NCBI GenBank assembly: GCA_023515725.1
Contig: JALDTO010000206.1
Location: 62,001-126,000, forward strand
Origin: Amoeboaphelidium protococcarum X5
Taxonomy: Eukaryota > Fungi > Aphelidiomycota
DNA: 64,000 bases
Reading direction: 5' to 3'
A program made the translations under genes and the position numbers. The notes below the pieces were generated by a model. It saw nothing but the letters and a program-made list of their open reading frames with translations. It ran no database searches and was not told the origin of the DNA. Position 1 is the stretch's first letter. The number at the start of each line of letters is the position of its first letter. Of the stretch, positions 38,772 to 51,949 are shown piece after piece.

Positions 38772-39664
38772 ATGATTGCTGCAAGATCAGTGACAGAGCT
38801 CAGAGGGCACTTAAAAAGAATGGATCCGTCACGTACAAAGAGACGAGGATTTGCTCCCACAATGGGCGCCCTTCACCAGGTCACATCAAATTGGTCAATA
38901 AAAGTCGTGCCGAGAATGACATAACCATCAGTTCTATATTTGTGAATCCCTCACAGTTTGCTCCTCATGAAGACTTGGATAAGTATCCGCGAACTTTGGA
39001 GACGGATCTCGCAATGTTGTAGAAGGCTGGCTGTGATTTAGTGTTGATCCCTCCGGTCACTGACATTTATCCTTCAGGCATTTCTCTTCGGCGACTAGAA
39101 CAGGTTGGAACTTTCATTGAAGTTTTGGGCGTCCAAGATGGTCAAGAGGGAGCTGTGAGACCACACTTTTTCCGCGGAGTTGCTACTGTTGTAATGAAGT
39201 TGCTTAATGCTGTTGATTAGCCGGACAATCTTTATCTTGGCCAGAAAGACTATCAACAATACCTAGTGGTTAAAAATATGGTTCGCGACTTGTTACTAGA
39301 TGATAAGATTAAGGTGAATTGTGTTGAGACTGAGAGAGAGTAAGATGGACTCGCGATGTCTTCCCGTAACAAGTACCTTAGCGCAAAGGAGCGCGAAATT
39401 GCTCCCGTCCTGTATCGTGCCTTGACCTCTGGTAAGGAAGCTTTCATGAACGGAGTATGCAGTACCAGCGATTTACTGGCTGTTGTGTAGAAGGTTCTTT
39501 AATCATAGTCTGGAATTGAGATTTAGTATGTTAATCTCTCTAATGCTGATACTCTGTAGAGCGTAACCTAAGATTTGATTAGCGATGAGCGTTACGTCTT
39601 AAGTGGCGCTATAAAGCTCGGCCAAACGCGTCTAATTGATAATTTGATTCTTCAGCGGGCTTGA
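38772..39664 (+). CDS. PAN6: Pantoate-beta-alanine ligase with a 1-nt frameshift at ~38880
   Basis: PTMGALH, then a shifted frame with [47 protein letters not shown]. Confidence 0.9.
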
Positions 39665-39723
39665 ATTTCAATATACAAAGTTTAGTGTAAGATTATTTTC
39701 TACTTAACCAAGTTTTGATAATT

Positions 39724-40644
39724 ATGGGATTTGCACATTTAACATTTTCACAAAGAATTGAATAGTACTGGCAGCCACTGCTAGCTAAAACCCCATAAAA
39801 CGGAGCGGTTAAGCTGGCTATAGCGCTTTTGAAATTGATGGAGCAGAAGAAGAGCAATCTATGCGTATCTCTGGACGTGACTAGGTGCGAAGACATTCTC
39901 AGGATTGCAGACATAGTTGGTCCATATGTGGTTCTGGTTAAATTGCACATTGATATCGTTGAGGATTTTCCACAATGGGACTCTTAGAATCAAAACCCCT
40001 TCATTGATAAGCTTAAAGCGCTGGCGTAGAAGCATTAATTTTACATTTTCGAAGATCGCAAGTTTGCAGACATTGGAAACACGGTAAAGATGTAGTATGG
40101 CTACGGAATATATAGAATTAGCTCTTGGGCTCATATAATTAACGTTCATGGCGTACCTGGAGATGGAATTGTAGATGGTCTCAAATCGGCTTTGAAGTAA
40201 TCGTCTGAACATGATGAAAACCTGCGTGGATGTTTAATGATATCTCAAATGAGTTCAAAGGGATCTCTAGCTAATGGCGTCTACTCTGACAAGTGTGTTG
40301 AGATGGCATGCAGAAGATCAGACTTTATAATTGGATTCATTGCAGGTGCTCGCCCTTAGCAGCTTGATGAGCAGTCTGTAGACATGATCGTAATGACTCC
40401 TGGAGTCTAAATTTAGGCCTCCAATGACAAATTGGGCCAACAGTACAACATTCCTGAAAACGTAATCAATGAGTTGAAGAGTGACCTTATAATCGTGGGC
40501 AGAGGCATAATTGGCCGCATTCAAGATATGACCTCAGAGGATGAGAAGATGGCCGAGTATGCAAAGATTAAAGAAAGAGCAGCGTAATATAATACCATAG
40601 CTTGGCAGTGTTATTTGAACAGAGCCGGAGCTCAAATACATTGA
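39724..40644 (+). CDS. URA3: Orotidine-5'-phosphate decarboxylase (stand-alone)
   Basis: [50 protein letters not shown]. Confidence 0.96.
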
Positions 40645-41090
40645 AGTGATCTGTTTGATGTGTCCGAATTTCCGTTTCTCAGACTTTTTGGACCGCCCGC
40701 TTGTCATCGCCGTGGGTCTCGCGGACCAGGGAACGATCGATCTGATCTGGCCCCTGGTCTGTAAACTTAAACCGCCAATTAATTTGTCAGACGAAAGAAA
40801 TTAGACTTCAAACTAATATCAGCGATGTCTATTCAGCCAATTAAATATACCTTCCAATTTTTATCACTTTTTTAGCTCGTTTACACTTAAAGTTACAAAA
40901 TTTACAGATTCTGGGACCAGCTGATCTCCTGAACATCATCATTTAGTTGATCGCACACAAACCGAAGCGACCACCGCTGTCATTTACAAACTGACAAAAG
41001 ACACAACATTCGATAATCTGCTTACTTATAATACAATTATTGATAAGATTCGCTGATTTAGCACACACTGCTGCAGAAATAAGAGTATTG

Positions 41091-43547
41091 ATGATGATTG
41101 AAGTAAATCAAGATTCATTCGAGATAAGGTGCTTGGTTTCTGCCGAAGAGTACTTCCGTTATGAATCATCTGGATATCTGACATTGACATCTTCACCGTA
41201 GAATGACAATAACAGTGCTGAAGTATCTAATGTTGAGGATTTGAAATGGTATGATAGTATTTCGTATGCTAAAGCCGAAGGCATGACTATCCCAAGCGGT
41301 ACCAGTGGAAGGGATCCCCACGGGCTGCTGACTCACATTTCGAAGCCAAAGCTTATCCGAATTTTGCACAAGGCCGCCAGTGTGAATCATCACGGCGAGA
41401 TGTAGATTGAAACGTGGACAGACAGTCGGAATATGTTTTGGATCATCACGATGAAGAAAATTGCTGATATTTTTGCATCAGGTCTTGATTCGCTTTGTTT
41501 CTAGTACTAAATATGTGACGCGACTCATCTCCGTCGTAGCCATGACAGACTGGCAAGGGTGGAAGCATTTTCTAAAGGTGGCTATTTTGAGGTGAACTTC
41601 TAGACTGGGTATGCTTGGGGAAATGAAAAGGCACTAGATTATCTAAACTGTGAGGCTGGTTATATTGTTCAATCATTGCAGAATTTAGAGTAACTGATTG
41701 ACAAGGGGTATGCACTTCAATATCGGAAAGCTATGCACAATTTGCAAGAGTTTGATACGCCCGTTAATCTATTCTGCAAGTTAGCGTTGCCGAATGGATA
41801 TCATCGCTCCTGTCAGCTAAAACTGGAAGTATATGAGAGAAGTTAACATGGTGTTTTGTATGTTGGTGGTTTTTTTGAAGTTGAGAATGATGATTTACTT
41901 AATGAGTATAATCGTCTTATTGCGCTTGTTGATGAATCTCCACTGGCTTTGCTTGAGACTACTTTGGATGGTGCTCTGCTTTGGGGAAATGATGCTTATC
42001 TTAAACTATTGGGATATAAGTTTGAGGAGTTGGCTGGTATGGGTTGGGTTCGCTGCTGGAAAAGTGTGCCTGAATTAGATGCTCAGGTTGAGAGTTATAA
42101 AACTGCATTGCTGGATGGTGGTGTTTATGAGCGAAAAATGTAGATTAAAGGCGGTTACGGCAAAGATATCATTATCAAGTACAGAATGTCTAAAGCGTCT
42201 CTTAATCCAACATCGTGTTATGGCTTCATGGTTGATGTGACTTAGGAACAGGAAATGGAAGAGCAGCTCACCAAAAGGAATCAAGAGCTGGAGCTTGCAT
42301 TGTAGCAATGCGAAAGAGCATCGCGCGCAAGATCCAACTTTTTTACTAGTGCTTCGCATGAAATCAGAACACCGTTAAATGGAATTCTTGGGAATGCGTG
42401 TCTGTTGAAGGACACTGGGCTGAATGAAGACCAGCAGGAATTGGTCAAAGAGATTGTTGAAAGTAGCGGCTACCTTGCGGAGCTTCTGGGAGATATCTTG
42501 GAATTGGCCAAGATTGAGTCCGATATTGACACTAGAGGACACGGTCATGTTGTGATTAATGAAACTCGGTTTGATCTAGTGGCGCTGTTTGAATCCATAG
42601 TTCGTATGTTTAGAATTAACCTTCATAAAGACATGGAACTGAGTGCCTCTTGTGTGTTTGCATCTGATCAGTCATAGCCACTCTAGTACCTGTTTTTAAT
42701 ATCAGATGAATCAAAGCTGCGGTAGATCATTGTGAATCTGTTGTCGAATGCTTTAAAGTTCACAGACGCTGGTAAAATCGCTCTAAAAGCTATCGTAACT
42801 GAAGTTGTTACTGAGACTGAGAAAAAGTACAGCCTTAGTCTCACGGTCACAGACACTGGTCTTGGTATGGATGAAGATCTTATAAACAGAGTGCTCGTTG
42901 ACGCGAGCGATAACGCTAATACAAGCGCTCAGATGGATTTAAGTCGAGAAGAACAAACTGTTGGCCTTGGCCTCGTCGTTTGCTAGAAGATTGTCGCGCG
43001 CTTGGGTGGTCAGATGGATGTTGAATCGAAATATGGGAAAGGATCAAAAGTGTCTTGTTAGATCCCAGTGCGACTTTGTGAAGCTCAGCGAATAATCACT
43101 GCTCGATAATCACAAAGCGATAAAGAGTAGATTGATAACACGTCAGTTTTGGTGGTTGAAGACAATATGGTCAACATGAGACTTATCACAAAAATGCTGT
43201 AGAAGAGCGGATACAAGTACGATATGGCTTACGATGGTGAAAGCGCATTATAGTTGGCGAAAAGTAAAAGATATGATCTTGTCTTGCTTGATATTGGACT
43301 GCCGGGAATCAGTGGAATGGAAGTCGCGCGCTCTATTCATGTCAACTTGCCGTATTAATTGTTCTAAAGACCGTACATTATTGCCTGCACTGCCAACTGT
43401 ATGTCTGGAGACAAGGAGGCGATTCTACAATCTGGTATAGACGACTTTATTGCCAAGCCATTTGTAAAGTATGAGTTGGACCTGGTCTTGTCAAAGTATC
43501 ATGACAAATCAAGCCTGAAATCTCTTGGTCTCGAGAATTAATTTTGA
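41091..43547 (+). CDS. Hybrid sensor histidine kinase (PAS-like domains, HisKA, HATPase, receiver)
   Basis: SHEIRTPLNGI, NLLSNALKFT, DTGLGM, VGLGL; receiver VEDNMVN, LLDIGLP, IAKPF. Start codon uncertain. Confidence 0.9.
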
Positions 43548-43699
43548 AAAAAATGTATTTATTATTTTTACACGATTAGTATTGACTTTCAAGCTGCTTA
43601 ATGAACTTTTTCCTGAAGCTGCAACTCATCTGATTTACAAGAGCATTTACAGTGCACAAACATTGACTGCAAAACAGTCACACTGCTGGTTGCGCATCA

Positions 43700-46600
43700 T
43701 CAGATGGTTAGTGATGATGGATGATGATGACTTACAACCGCAGTGGTTTGAAACGGAAAACCGAGAAGTTAATCGAGCGATCTGAGAAAATCGATCGTCA
43801 AGCAAGTCTAGACTCTGATCTCCCTCCCCTTAGTAATCTTTTTCGGCCATGGTCTTTTCCCTTTCTTCTTCTTCTTCCTTTTACTCAGCAACTATTGAGC
43901 GGAATTTGGTTCACTAATAATATACTCCGCTGCCACAACTTCACTCGTAGTCAAAGGAAATTACTTTTATAGCACGGAGAATATATCATGCTATTTAAAA
44001 TTGATAACACATTTGGAGAACCCAACCACCAGCTGAGAGAGTTAGCGATAAAACTTGTGCAAATACTCAATGACCACTTAGCATTCATACGAAATCGAAG
44101 AAGCGGTATTGACTTTGCCTTCCAAGTACTCTACCATATACACCAGCTTATTTAGCATGATTTAAGCATCAAGCACATTATAGACGAGCTCTTCCACAGT
44201 TCTATCTAGCAGCGTCTTCAATTAAATCAGCTTTATACGCGAGGTAGGTACGAGTCCAAAATGTTATGCAAGTAGTTCTTAGACATTCTATGAAGAGCAT
44301 TGACGACTGAGCTAATCAAATTTATCTTCAGATTTCACGTAAGCATTCCACTTCATAAACAGAGAGTTTACTAAATCCAGTGAGGTAAGGAACGCGTTGT
44401 AATACTAAGTTTTGGTTGCTCTGAATCGCTATTTCAGTTTAGTAGTGTTGCCAAACTTGTCACATGCTAAATTTATCGCGTCCCTCTCAATCATTGAATT
44501 TAGGAGCTAATGCAGGGCAACTTTCATCTAGTCAGTATAAATGCTTTACAAAGCATTTTGAACGACGGCAGAGTTCAGATCCATACGCTATACTCCAAGT
44601 AGTCTCTCAAGCGCCACCAGCTATCCCAGAACCTCTTCATTTCCTGCATTTTCATACAGCGCCACCAGCAGCAGAGCATACTGAGAGTATGACTTTTACT
44701 CTAAGCTTAGAGACTCATCATCGCGAGCAGGAGAAATATGGTCAGAGCCTTGCTGAAGATGAATGACATCCGCAGTTGTCATCCCAGACAGCTGCAACAG
44801 TTAATCATACTACGCCACGAGCACCTCATACTTCTGAATATTCATATCTACGCGATCAGACAGAGTATTAATAACCATCTGATCGGATTCCTCCTTCATG
44901 TGGAGCAACAAAAAACTCAGATAATCGTTGCGCTTTCCCATGGCCATTTCCCTGAGAAAAGTATTGCGGCCCAGACTGGACCACCGCGTTTCAGCTATCT
45001 CTCCAGCACATGTACCTGCACCAGGATAATTCTTCTGATCATACCCTTAAATGCAGGATTATTGATGAGCATACAGATGAAAGCTTGGAATAAGAAACTG
45101 CACATTTGCGCCACTAGGAACACGTCTCACGAAATTCTTCTAAAATTGACATGCTATATCGTAGAATACCAAGAGATCAGATGAATCGTCCAACTTCTCT
45201 ATAACATTCTTTAAAGCTATATCTCCGTAATGAAATCCTTCGCCTGACTTGATATTGGAGAACGTAGCCGCGCAGGGACAACCATGCCGAGAGCAGAATG
45301 CTCCAAACAGTCCTGTAAAATCATTAAGAGCTGAGGAACTTCTCTCTGCAACGGTTCTCAAAGCATTGAAAGCACTACAAGTACTGGAAGGAGGAGAGGA
45401 TGTAGATAGATCATCACGTTTCGCAAAGAATATATTAGTTATTTAGTCGCCATCAGCACCACCTTTATTCCTTCTATGCATCAATTTAAAGCAGCCATCT
45501 AAAGACACGAGCATTTTTGACCAACTGAGATCGATTTTAATTTCGTAATTAGATAGAGACAGAGCCATCCTCTTAAGCGTATGTATATCATATTCAATTA
45601 AATTCAACGGGTCAGTATCAGCGAGCTGCTTCACTTTGTTCCAGAACTCGTTCCCTTTCCATAGCGTGGAATCATTAGTTGGCACAACAAGTTAGATTGG
45701 GCAAGCCATACAATCAAAAAAGACTTTAGGCATAATACTTTCTAGAATCTAAAACCTTAGAAGTTTGTACTAATAAAAAGCATCCAAAACTGCATCATAG
45801 ACTTTATCATCCAGAAAAGAGGTGCAAAAATCATCAATGGACTACACAAAACTATGCATGCTGATATGCGCGTTGCACAACATGGAATCATAAAGCTCTA
45901 ATGTATCTACAGTTACAACAGTACTAACATCAGATGGACTGGCAGGAAAAAGACTACACTGTAGCAATAGATCCAACTACTTCTACTCGTCGCATCTGCA
46001 TAAGGGAACTGAAACGCGTAAAACACCAGACTCGAAGTGTATCAGATTCACCGGCTTCCAACCCCCTTTACATTAGGCACATTATACACCATACTTAGGA
46101 ATATTCAATAGAGATACTGGTATATCGACGTTCTAGTACCACTATGCAAAAGGCATATGATAACTTCTTACGTTTGCATGGTGTTCACAAAAGCAGCTTA
46201 TAGAACAAAATACAACATCTTAACAGCTTCTACAAGAAATTCGCTAATCAGTTACTACCTCTACTTTATCACATACACTGCAATTTGAATCAGTCATGGC
46301 TTTTAAGGGTAGCAATTTCTTCATGGCCAAGTGCCCACCTTCCTTCGTCCGCCAATCTGCAAAGGATTGTCCAAATCTAGCCAAGCGCCTATAATAATTT
46401 GAAGTACTATTTGCCAGCGGAATATCTTAAAAGGAGTTGTGAACAGGCTCATCGTATGCTTGCCATGGACTGTGACACGTACCATCAAGGCGAGATCTCG
46501 ATACGTGTTGCTGATTGCGACTGTCACCAGTATCCACTGAATTATCCAATAGCGGGTTCTGATACTGATATTCATTACTGTCGTCCTGATGTCCATTGTA

Positions 46601-46876
46601 ATCATCACCAGCTAATCTATCTCCGCTTTAGTCATCTGTATCATACACTCTCATCTAGTTAATATCATCAGCCGTATAATTAGATATTTCTCTACGCAAT
46701 CCTTTCATATAATCTGACATCTTCAAAGCTTTCATATGCTACCGAACAGCGGTTTTAGAAGGAGACTCCACCGATATCGTCTACAAGACACGCTTCTTCT
46801 TCTAATCAACTCCACCACCAAGGATTTATATTTTAAATTGATATACAGATTTATCAAGCTTCTTGCGTCTGCCCAT
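43700..46876 (-). mobile_element. Kyakuja-Dileera-Zisupton (KDZ) transposase ORF with Cys-cluster domain, about 1058 aa
   Basis: Cys/His clusters then LFPASP, SLDGCFKL, GAFCSRHG, GE, YDIACQF, FHLYAH..C, GEIAETRWS. One uninterrupted table-6 frame. Element ends not identified. Confidence 0.88.
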
Positions 46877-47086
46877 TGTTCCAACAATTTTCCGTTTTTC
46901 ACGCTCTAAGAAAGGGGAGCTCCCTCGTTGTTTCACAACGCTATCGGCGCAAGATAGCGCAGCACCATTAAGAAACGCTGAGGTATATTGAGAGTGGAGA
47001 AAAAAGATTTGTGATGTATAAAAACATGTACATTTTCATAAACTGAGTAAAATTGTTTGAATTTAGTATTACCGACAAACATATTC

Positions 47087-49860
47087 TCAATCTAATGTTG
47101 GAAGCTGATGTGCATAAGTAACCTGGGGCTTTTTCAGCCCGATGACCAAGGAAAGAATTCTTGACCCCGGAAGCGAAATCTCTGGTGCTGCATAACTGAT
47201 AGACGCGCCTTTTATTATTCCAGTCTAGAAAGCTTTGACTTTAAGTGACTGCTCATCCACAATCTTTGATAAACCAAAGTCAGTCAGTACCGAGAATATC
47301 AACCCACTCTGCGCATCATAGTCCAGCAAAGCGTTATCAGGTTTTATATCCAAATGAACGATACCACTTGAATGCATCATAAAGAGAGCCTGCGAAAGAG
47401 TTTTTACCAGATATAGCACCTGCCGCTTTGTGTACCTATATTGAGACGCCATCTTACTTTCTCCAAATATAACTCCTCATGGAGCCAAGTTCATAGAATC
47501 GCAATAGCAGTCCCGCTGGTTCGTCACTATACGCGTAGATATAAGCAAACCTTGGATCATCTCTGAATCTGTACATTATACTCAACTCCTGAAAGAAGAT
47601 GGCGCGCTAGTTATCTGTCAACATACGTGTACTAGGAGCAATTTACTTGAACAGCACCTTAACACCAGCTGGAACTCTCTGTTACAGCGATGGATTCAAC
47701 ACTTCGGCAAAGTATATAGAGCCAACACCACCTTTGGTCAATAACTGAGAGGTCCTAAAATCAACGCCACATTATGCTTGCATAAACACCGGGATGGCAA
47801 TGATATTAGACGCTTAAAGTGTTGTCTGTTGCATATGTGTACCAGGGTAGGCATTAGTGTGAGTATAGCTATAAGTCAAGGTGGAGGTAGTAGTACTGTG
47901 GTACATGGATGGTGAGCCTTTGGCTTTTCTAGCCATTTTGCGCCCTCTCCTCTTCATCACAAAGTATGTGGCACCCATTATAATTAGAGCAATAAGAGCA
48001 ATCGCGGCGACTAACGCGTACGCACCCACCATGCTTAGAGACTAATTTTGACTGGCTTATGTATCGATAATAACGGTGGTGCTTGACACTGCGCCTGAAG
48101 AGGTGACCTAAGTAAGACCAGATCCCCAGAAATTTATAAATCCAATGCCAGAAGTAGTTAAGAGGCTAGTAGTGGGTACAGTCGAGGAGCTTATGGTAAA
48201 AGACATTAAATCAGACGTGACTGTTCCATTCAATACTACGCTTGTGTATGTACTAGTGGCCAACGTGGAAGACGACTCAATCAATAATACAGATGACAAT
48301 GAGGATGTACCAATAGATGTGGCATTCGGAGTAATAGTAAAAGGAGTGCTTGTAATCGTTGGTGAGGTAGTACTAGTTGTCGCAATCGTTGTCGTCGGAG
48401 TTGTAGTTGTAGTTGTAGTAGTAGTTGTCGTTGTCGTAGTGGTGGTGGTAGTAGTTAGGGTAGTCGTCGTCGTCGTCGGAGTAGTAGTAGTAGTAGTTGT
48501 GGTTGTAGTGGTGGTTGGAGTAGTCGTTGTCGTCGTACTAGTCGTTGTTGTAGTAGTAGTGGTCGGAGTGGTGGTGGTGGTTGTAGTCGTCGTCGTAGTA
48601 GTAGTAGTAGTCGTTGTAGTAGTAGTCGTCGTCGTAGTAGTGGTCGTTGTAGTAGTTGTTGTCGTGGTTAATAGGTACGATGCCATATATGATGCCAAAG
48701 ATGTAGTGGGCAGAGTAAATGCATTACTTACCAGCAGAAATGCGTTTCCATCCAGCAGCAAACTACTAGCACCAACTCCAATAACAGTACGGTCATCGAG
48801 CATAGTCAATGATGTGAATATCGCTGGGAGATTGATTCCAGATACGAACCCATACGATGCAGAAGAGTAACCTGTACTGAAATAGGGACCTTGCTTATTA
48901 AAATAATGCCATTCGCTAGTTCCTTCAGGCTAAGAAGTGCCAACTGTCAATACAAGATTAGAAGCCATATCGACTTGAATATCATATGCTCTATCATAAC
49001 CCTGAAACCCAGTCTTAAAGAATTAAGTATCCAATGTGCCATCTAAACCATATTTCACCACAAGAGATTTATATAAACCAGAAGACGACTGTGCTATCGA
49101 ACCATAATTGTAATCGCCATTCCAAGTCCCGCCAGCATGCAAGTAACCACGGTAAAATTTCACAGTGTTAAAACTCGGTCAAGACGCCAGTAAATAGAAT
49201 TTACTACCATTTGAATGTGAACACACCAGAAGATGACACATCATAACTAGCTATAAATCCTTTGCGCGACCCAGATTACAAGACACTGCCAGCCACAACA
49301 AGGGTACGATCATCAAAATTCACTGAGGATCGAATAATATCATCAGTACCAACATCAATTATTATGCGATTCAACAGAGTGCCATCAGAGGCGTTAATAG
49401 ACATAACCTGACCATCAATACCACCAAAAGTACTTAGAGGATCATTTCTAGTTTAACCAGTAACAGTCACAAGATTCTTGGATGGGAAAAACTATATATG
49501 CCAACCAATGTTATCCAACCCAGATGTACCATACGTTTTTGTCCACACCACAGTGCCACTATTGAGGAGACGTGTCACATACACGTAGCCATCAACACTA
49601 TTCCTAACCTGACCAGTCACATATATATCACCTGTTGACTGATCCAACGCGATACCATAAGGCCTATCGACACCAGATGCCAGCAGATTAGCTTTCCATG
49701 AAAATTGACTTGCAATAGCTCCACTGTTAGAAATCACCTGCACCATGCTATTAAACGTTGTTTTAGCCTAACACACGGCAAAAGCAGTGTTAGCACCGAC
49801 ACGAGCCACCGTTGAGTAACAGTAATAGGCAGTATTGAGCACCGTCCGTGTTGTTGACAT
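47087..49860 (-). pseudogene. Receptor-like kinase (beta-propeller ectodomain, Thr stalk, TM, kinase), frameshifted and truncated
   Basis: GIALD..GDIYVTG propeller-type repeats, poly-Thr, TM ALVAAIALIALIIMG, KGGVGSIY, FFQE, HLDIKPDN, DFG, YAAPE. Frame changes near 49170 and 47477; no subdomain IX after APE. Confidence 0.75.
48360..48670 (-). repeat. Degenerate ACN trinucleotide repeat encoding a poly-Thr mucin-like stalk
   Basis: About 100 GTN triplets on the + strand, i.e. Thr codons on the - strand, with interspersed Pro. Confidence 0.9.
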
Positions 49861-50084
49861 TTCCTAACGTAATCAACTTACTATGAGATGAACACGCAAC
49901 AAGATTAAGCAAAAATTTTATCCTAAATAGGCAGGCAAGCACTCTAATGTATATATATTAGAATGAGTAAAAAAGTGTTGATCAAGTTTCCGATAACTTT
50001 AAAAAGACCTGCCATATAAGTCCGTCTATAAATAGAACATCATAAAGTAACATTGTTCGTTACCAATCAGATACTTTCATAAAC

Positions 50085-51461
50085 TCATTGTCTTAACAAC
50101 CTACCAGATGCTCTTTTAAATACAAAATACAGAGTGAGTATACCATGCTAGAACACGCTTTTAAACCCACTACGAGGACTAATTTCCCACTCTCTATTCA
50201 CAATGCGAAAGACTATATCACGATACACGTGTCCATCGCAACTAAACACAATAAGTTTTGAAGACTGTTCCAGTGTCTTGTCACTGTTACCCATTGGCTA
50301 AGCGCTTAGTGGACAATCAATCAATCTGAATGAAGGCTTCCTACCACTACCAATGAGATCTGGAAAGAATATGTTAAATTTGTAGCCTTAGATCAGCTTT
50401 GGCGGAGGATTATCAAACGAGTATTTGGCACGATTATAGGAAGTCCACACGTATCCAGTCACCGCTTTACAGTAGTACTCTGGAGTTTATAACTATTCCG
50501 AATCGTGAAGGTGACCCAGTTCACGCCAAACGCTTTCACCCAAGTCGGACACTGTTAGATGAGATAGAATATTTTCTTGATTGTAGGCACTATGCCTCTA
50601 CTCTCGCCGCAGCAGATTCTTCTTATACGATTCATGTGGTGTTAGAGTCTACTTTTCATGAACCAGAATCTTGGCGGAGGCATCATCATCCTACTATTGT
50701 TATGCTTCAGCCTCTTACGATTCTCCAGACTTGAGTTGATACAGCAGGTCAATGTACTTGGTAGACCGCGACTACTCCACTTGGCCATCATCTTCATAAA
50801 ATTCAATTACGCGTTCCAATGTACGCTCATACTCCATTTCCAACATTGCTTTAGCCACGAATACTTTACATATCTAGGCGACTATAGTCCAATATTCCCT
50901 ATCATATTCTGAGCGAGGATGAGATTCCATAGACCGCTAGCATTCCTATAATTCAGTTAATGGCATATCGGAGAATAATTAATGAACATCCGCCAAGACT
51001 AATTTTGGAATACTGACAAAGGTTTACTGGTCAAATGCAAAGCTTGTAAGGTGAATAAATTAAACATTATACATTCTCTTGGCGTCAGGTCTATTCTCGG
51101 TAAATTACAACTTTCGCGCGTAATCTTCCACCAATACTAGTACCTGCTCCCACATGGGGACATCTGATGGCTGGAGGTAACGCTTAATTTATCGACATTC
51201 TTCTACATACAGCTGCATGTCTTTAGCATTCTTATACCTATTAATCAGAGTGAATACGTCAACCAGGTAATCATCCACAACATAGTCTTCAATAGAATTA
51301 CCAATAAACATGACGCGCAACAAGTTATCCGCCATAGTCGCCCTTCTCTCATCCAGTCTGAGACGTGCCTTTTCTAATCGCTATCTCAATTCGAATGTAT
51401 ATTATTTATCGCTAGTCTATTAACTAAATGCATACTAAGATTCGTTCATTGCGAATTACAT
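50085..51461 (-). CDS. Cactin (splicing factor), shortened and divergent
   Basis: DNPPPKLIQGYKFNIFFPDLI, DIVFRIVNREWE, GFKSVF..GILTLYF. Possible 60-nt in-frame intron at 51013-51072; start uncertain. Confidence 0.85.
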
Positions 51462-51949
51462 ATCTATATAATTTGACTAAATGATGCTCCAATGATGAGA
51501 TCTTCGTGACAGCAACGCTAAAAGCTCCCCAAACTAAGAATGAGCGCAAATCAAGCGAAAGAAACGCGTTAGAATTGAGCTTTGGCCTCTGTAAAACAAC
51601 GCGCTCTTCAACACATGACCGGGCGATGATAATCTGACTACAAGTATGTGCAGAATACTGTGCGCAGCCGAGATGACAAAATATACTCGCCCAACCAAGA
51701 ACGACTGATTTTAATACAAACTGAATCGCGCTTCACCGTAGTATTCATCGCTTTTCTTGATAGTTTCACCATCTGGGAAAGTTGACGCCGTAAATAAACA
51801 GACAGACTGGTCAGAGTTTGAACATTTCTAATTTTTAAAAGTTTTGCATTTCATTGTCGCTTTGTGTGTGTGTTTGCATTGATCATTCTGTGTAACATTT
51901 TAAGTGTCTTTTTTGTTAGTGTAATTCTATTGTTTAAAGTTGTGAAAAG

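Noticed and set aside
41091-43547. Bacterial contamination suggested by the histidine kinase or panC
   Set aside because: Both use TAR=Gln and sit among eukaryotic genes; hybrid HKs and PAN6 are normal in fungi.
43550-47200. Terminal inverted repeats/TSD for the KDZ element and a displaced kinase 3' end on its far side
   Set aside because: No convincing inverted match or kinase subdomain IX-XI sequence seen.
48145-48870. 241-aa poly-Val ORF on the + strand
   Set aside because: Antisense shadow of the poly-Thr stalk of the receptor-like kinase.
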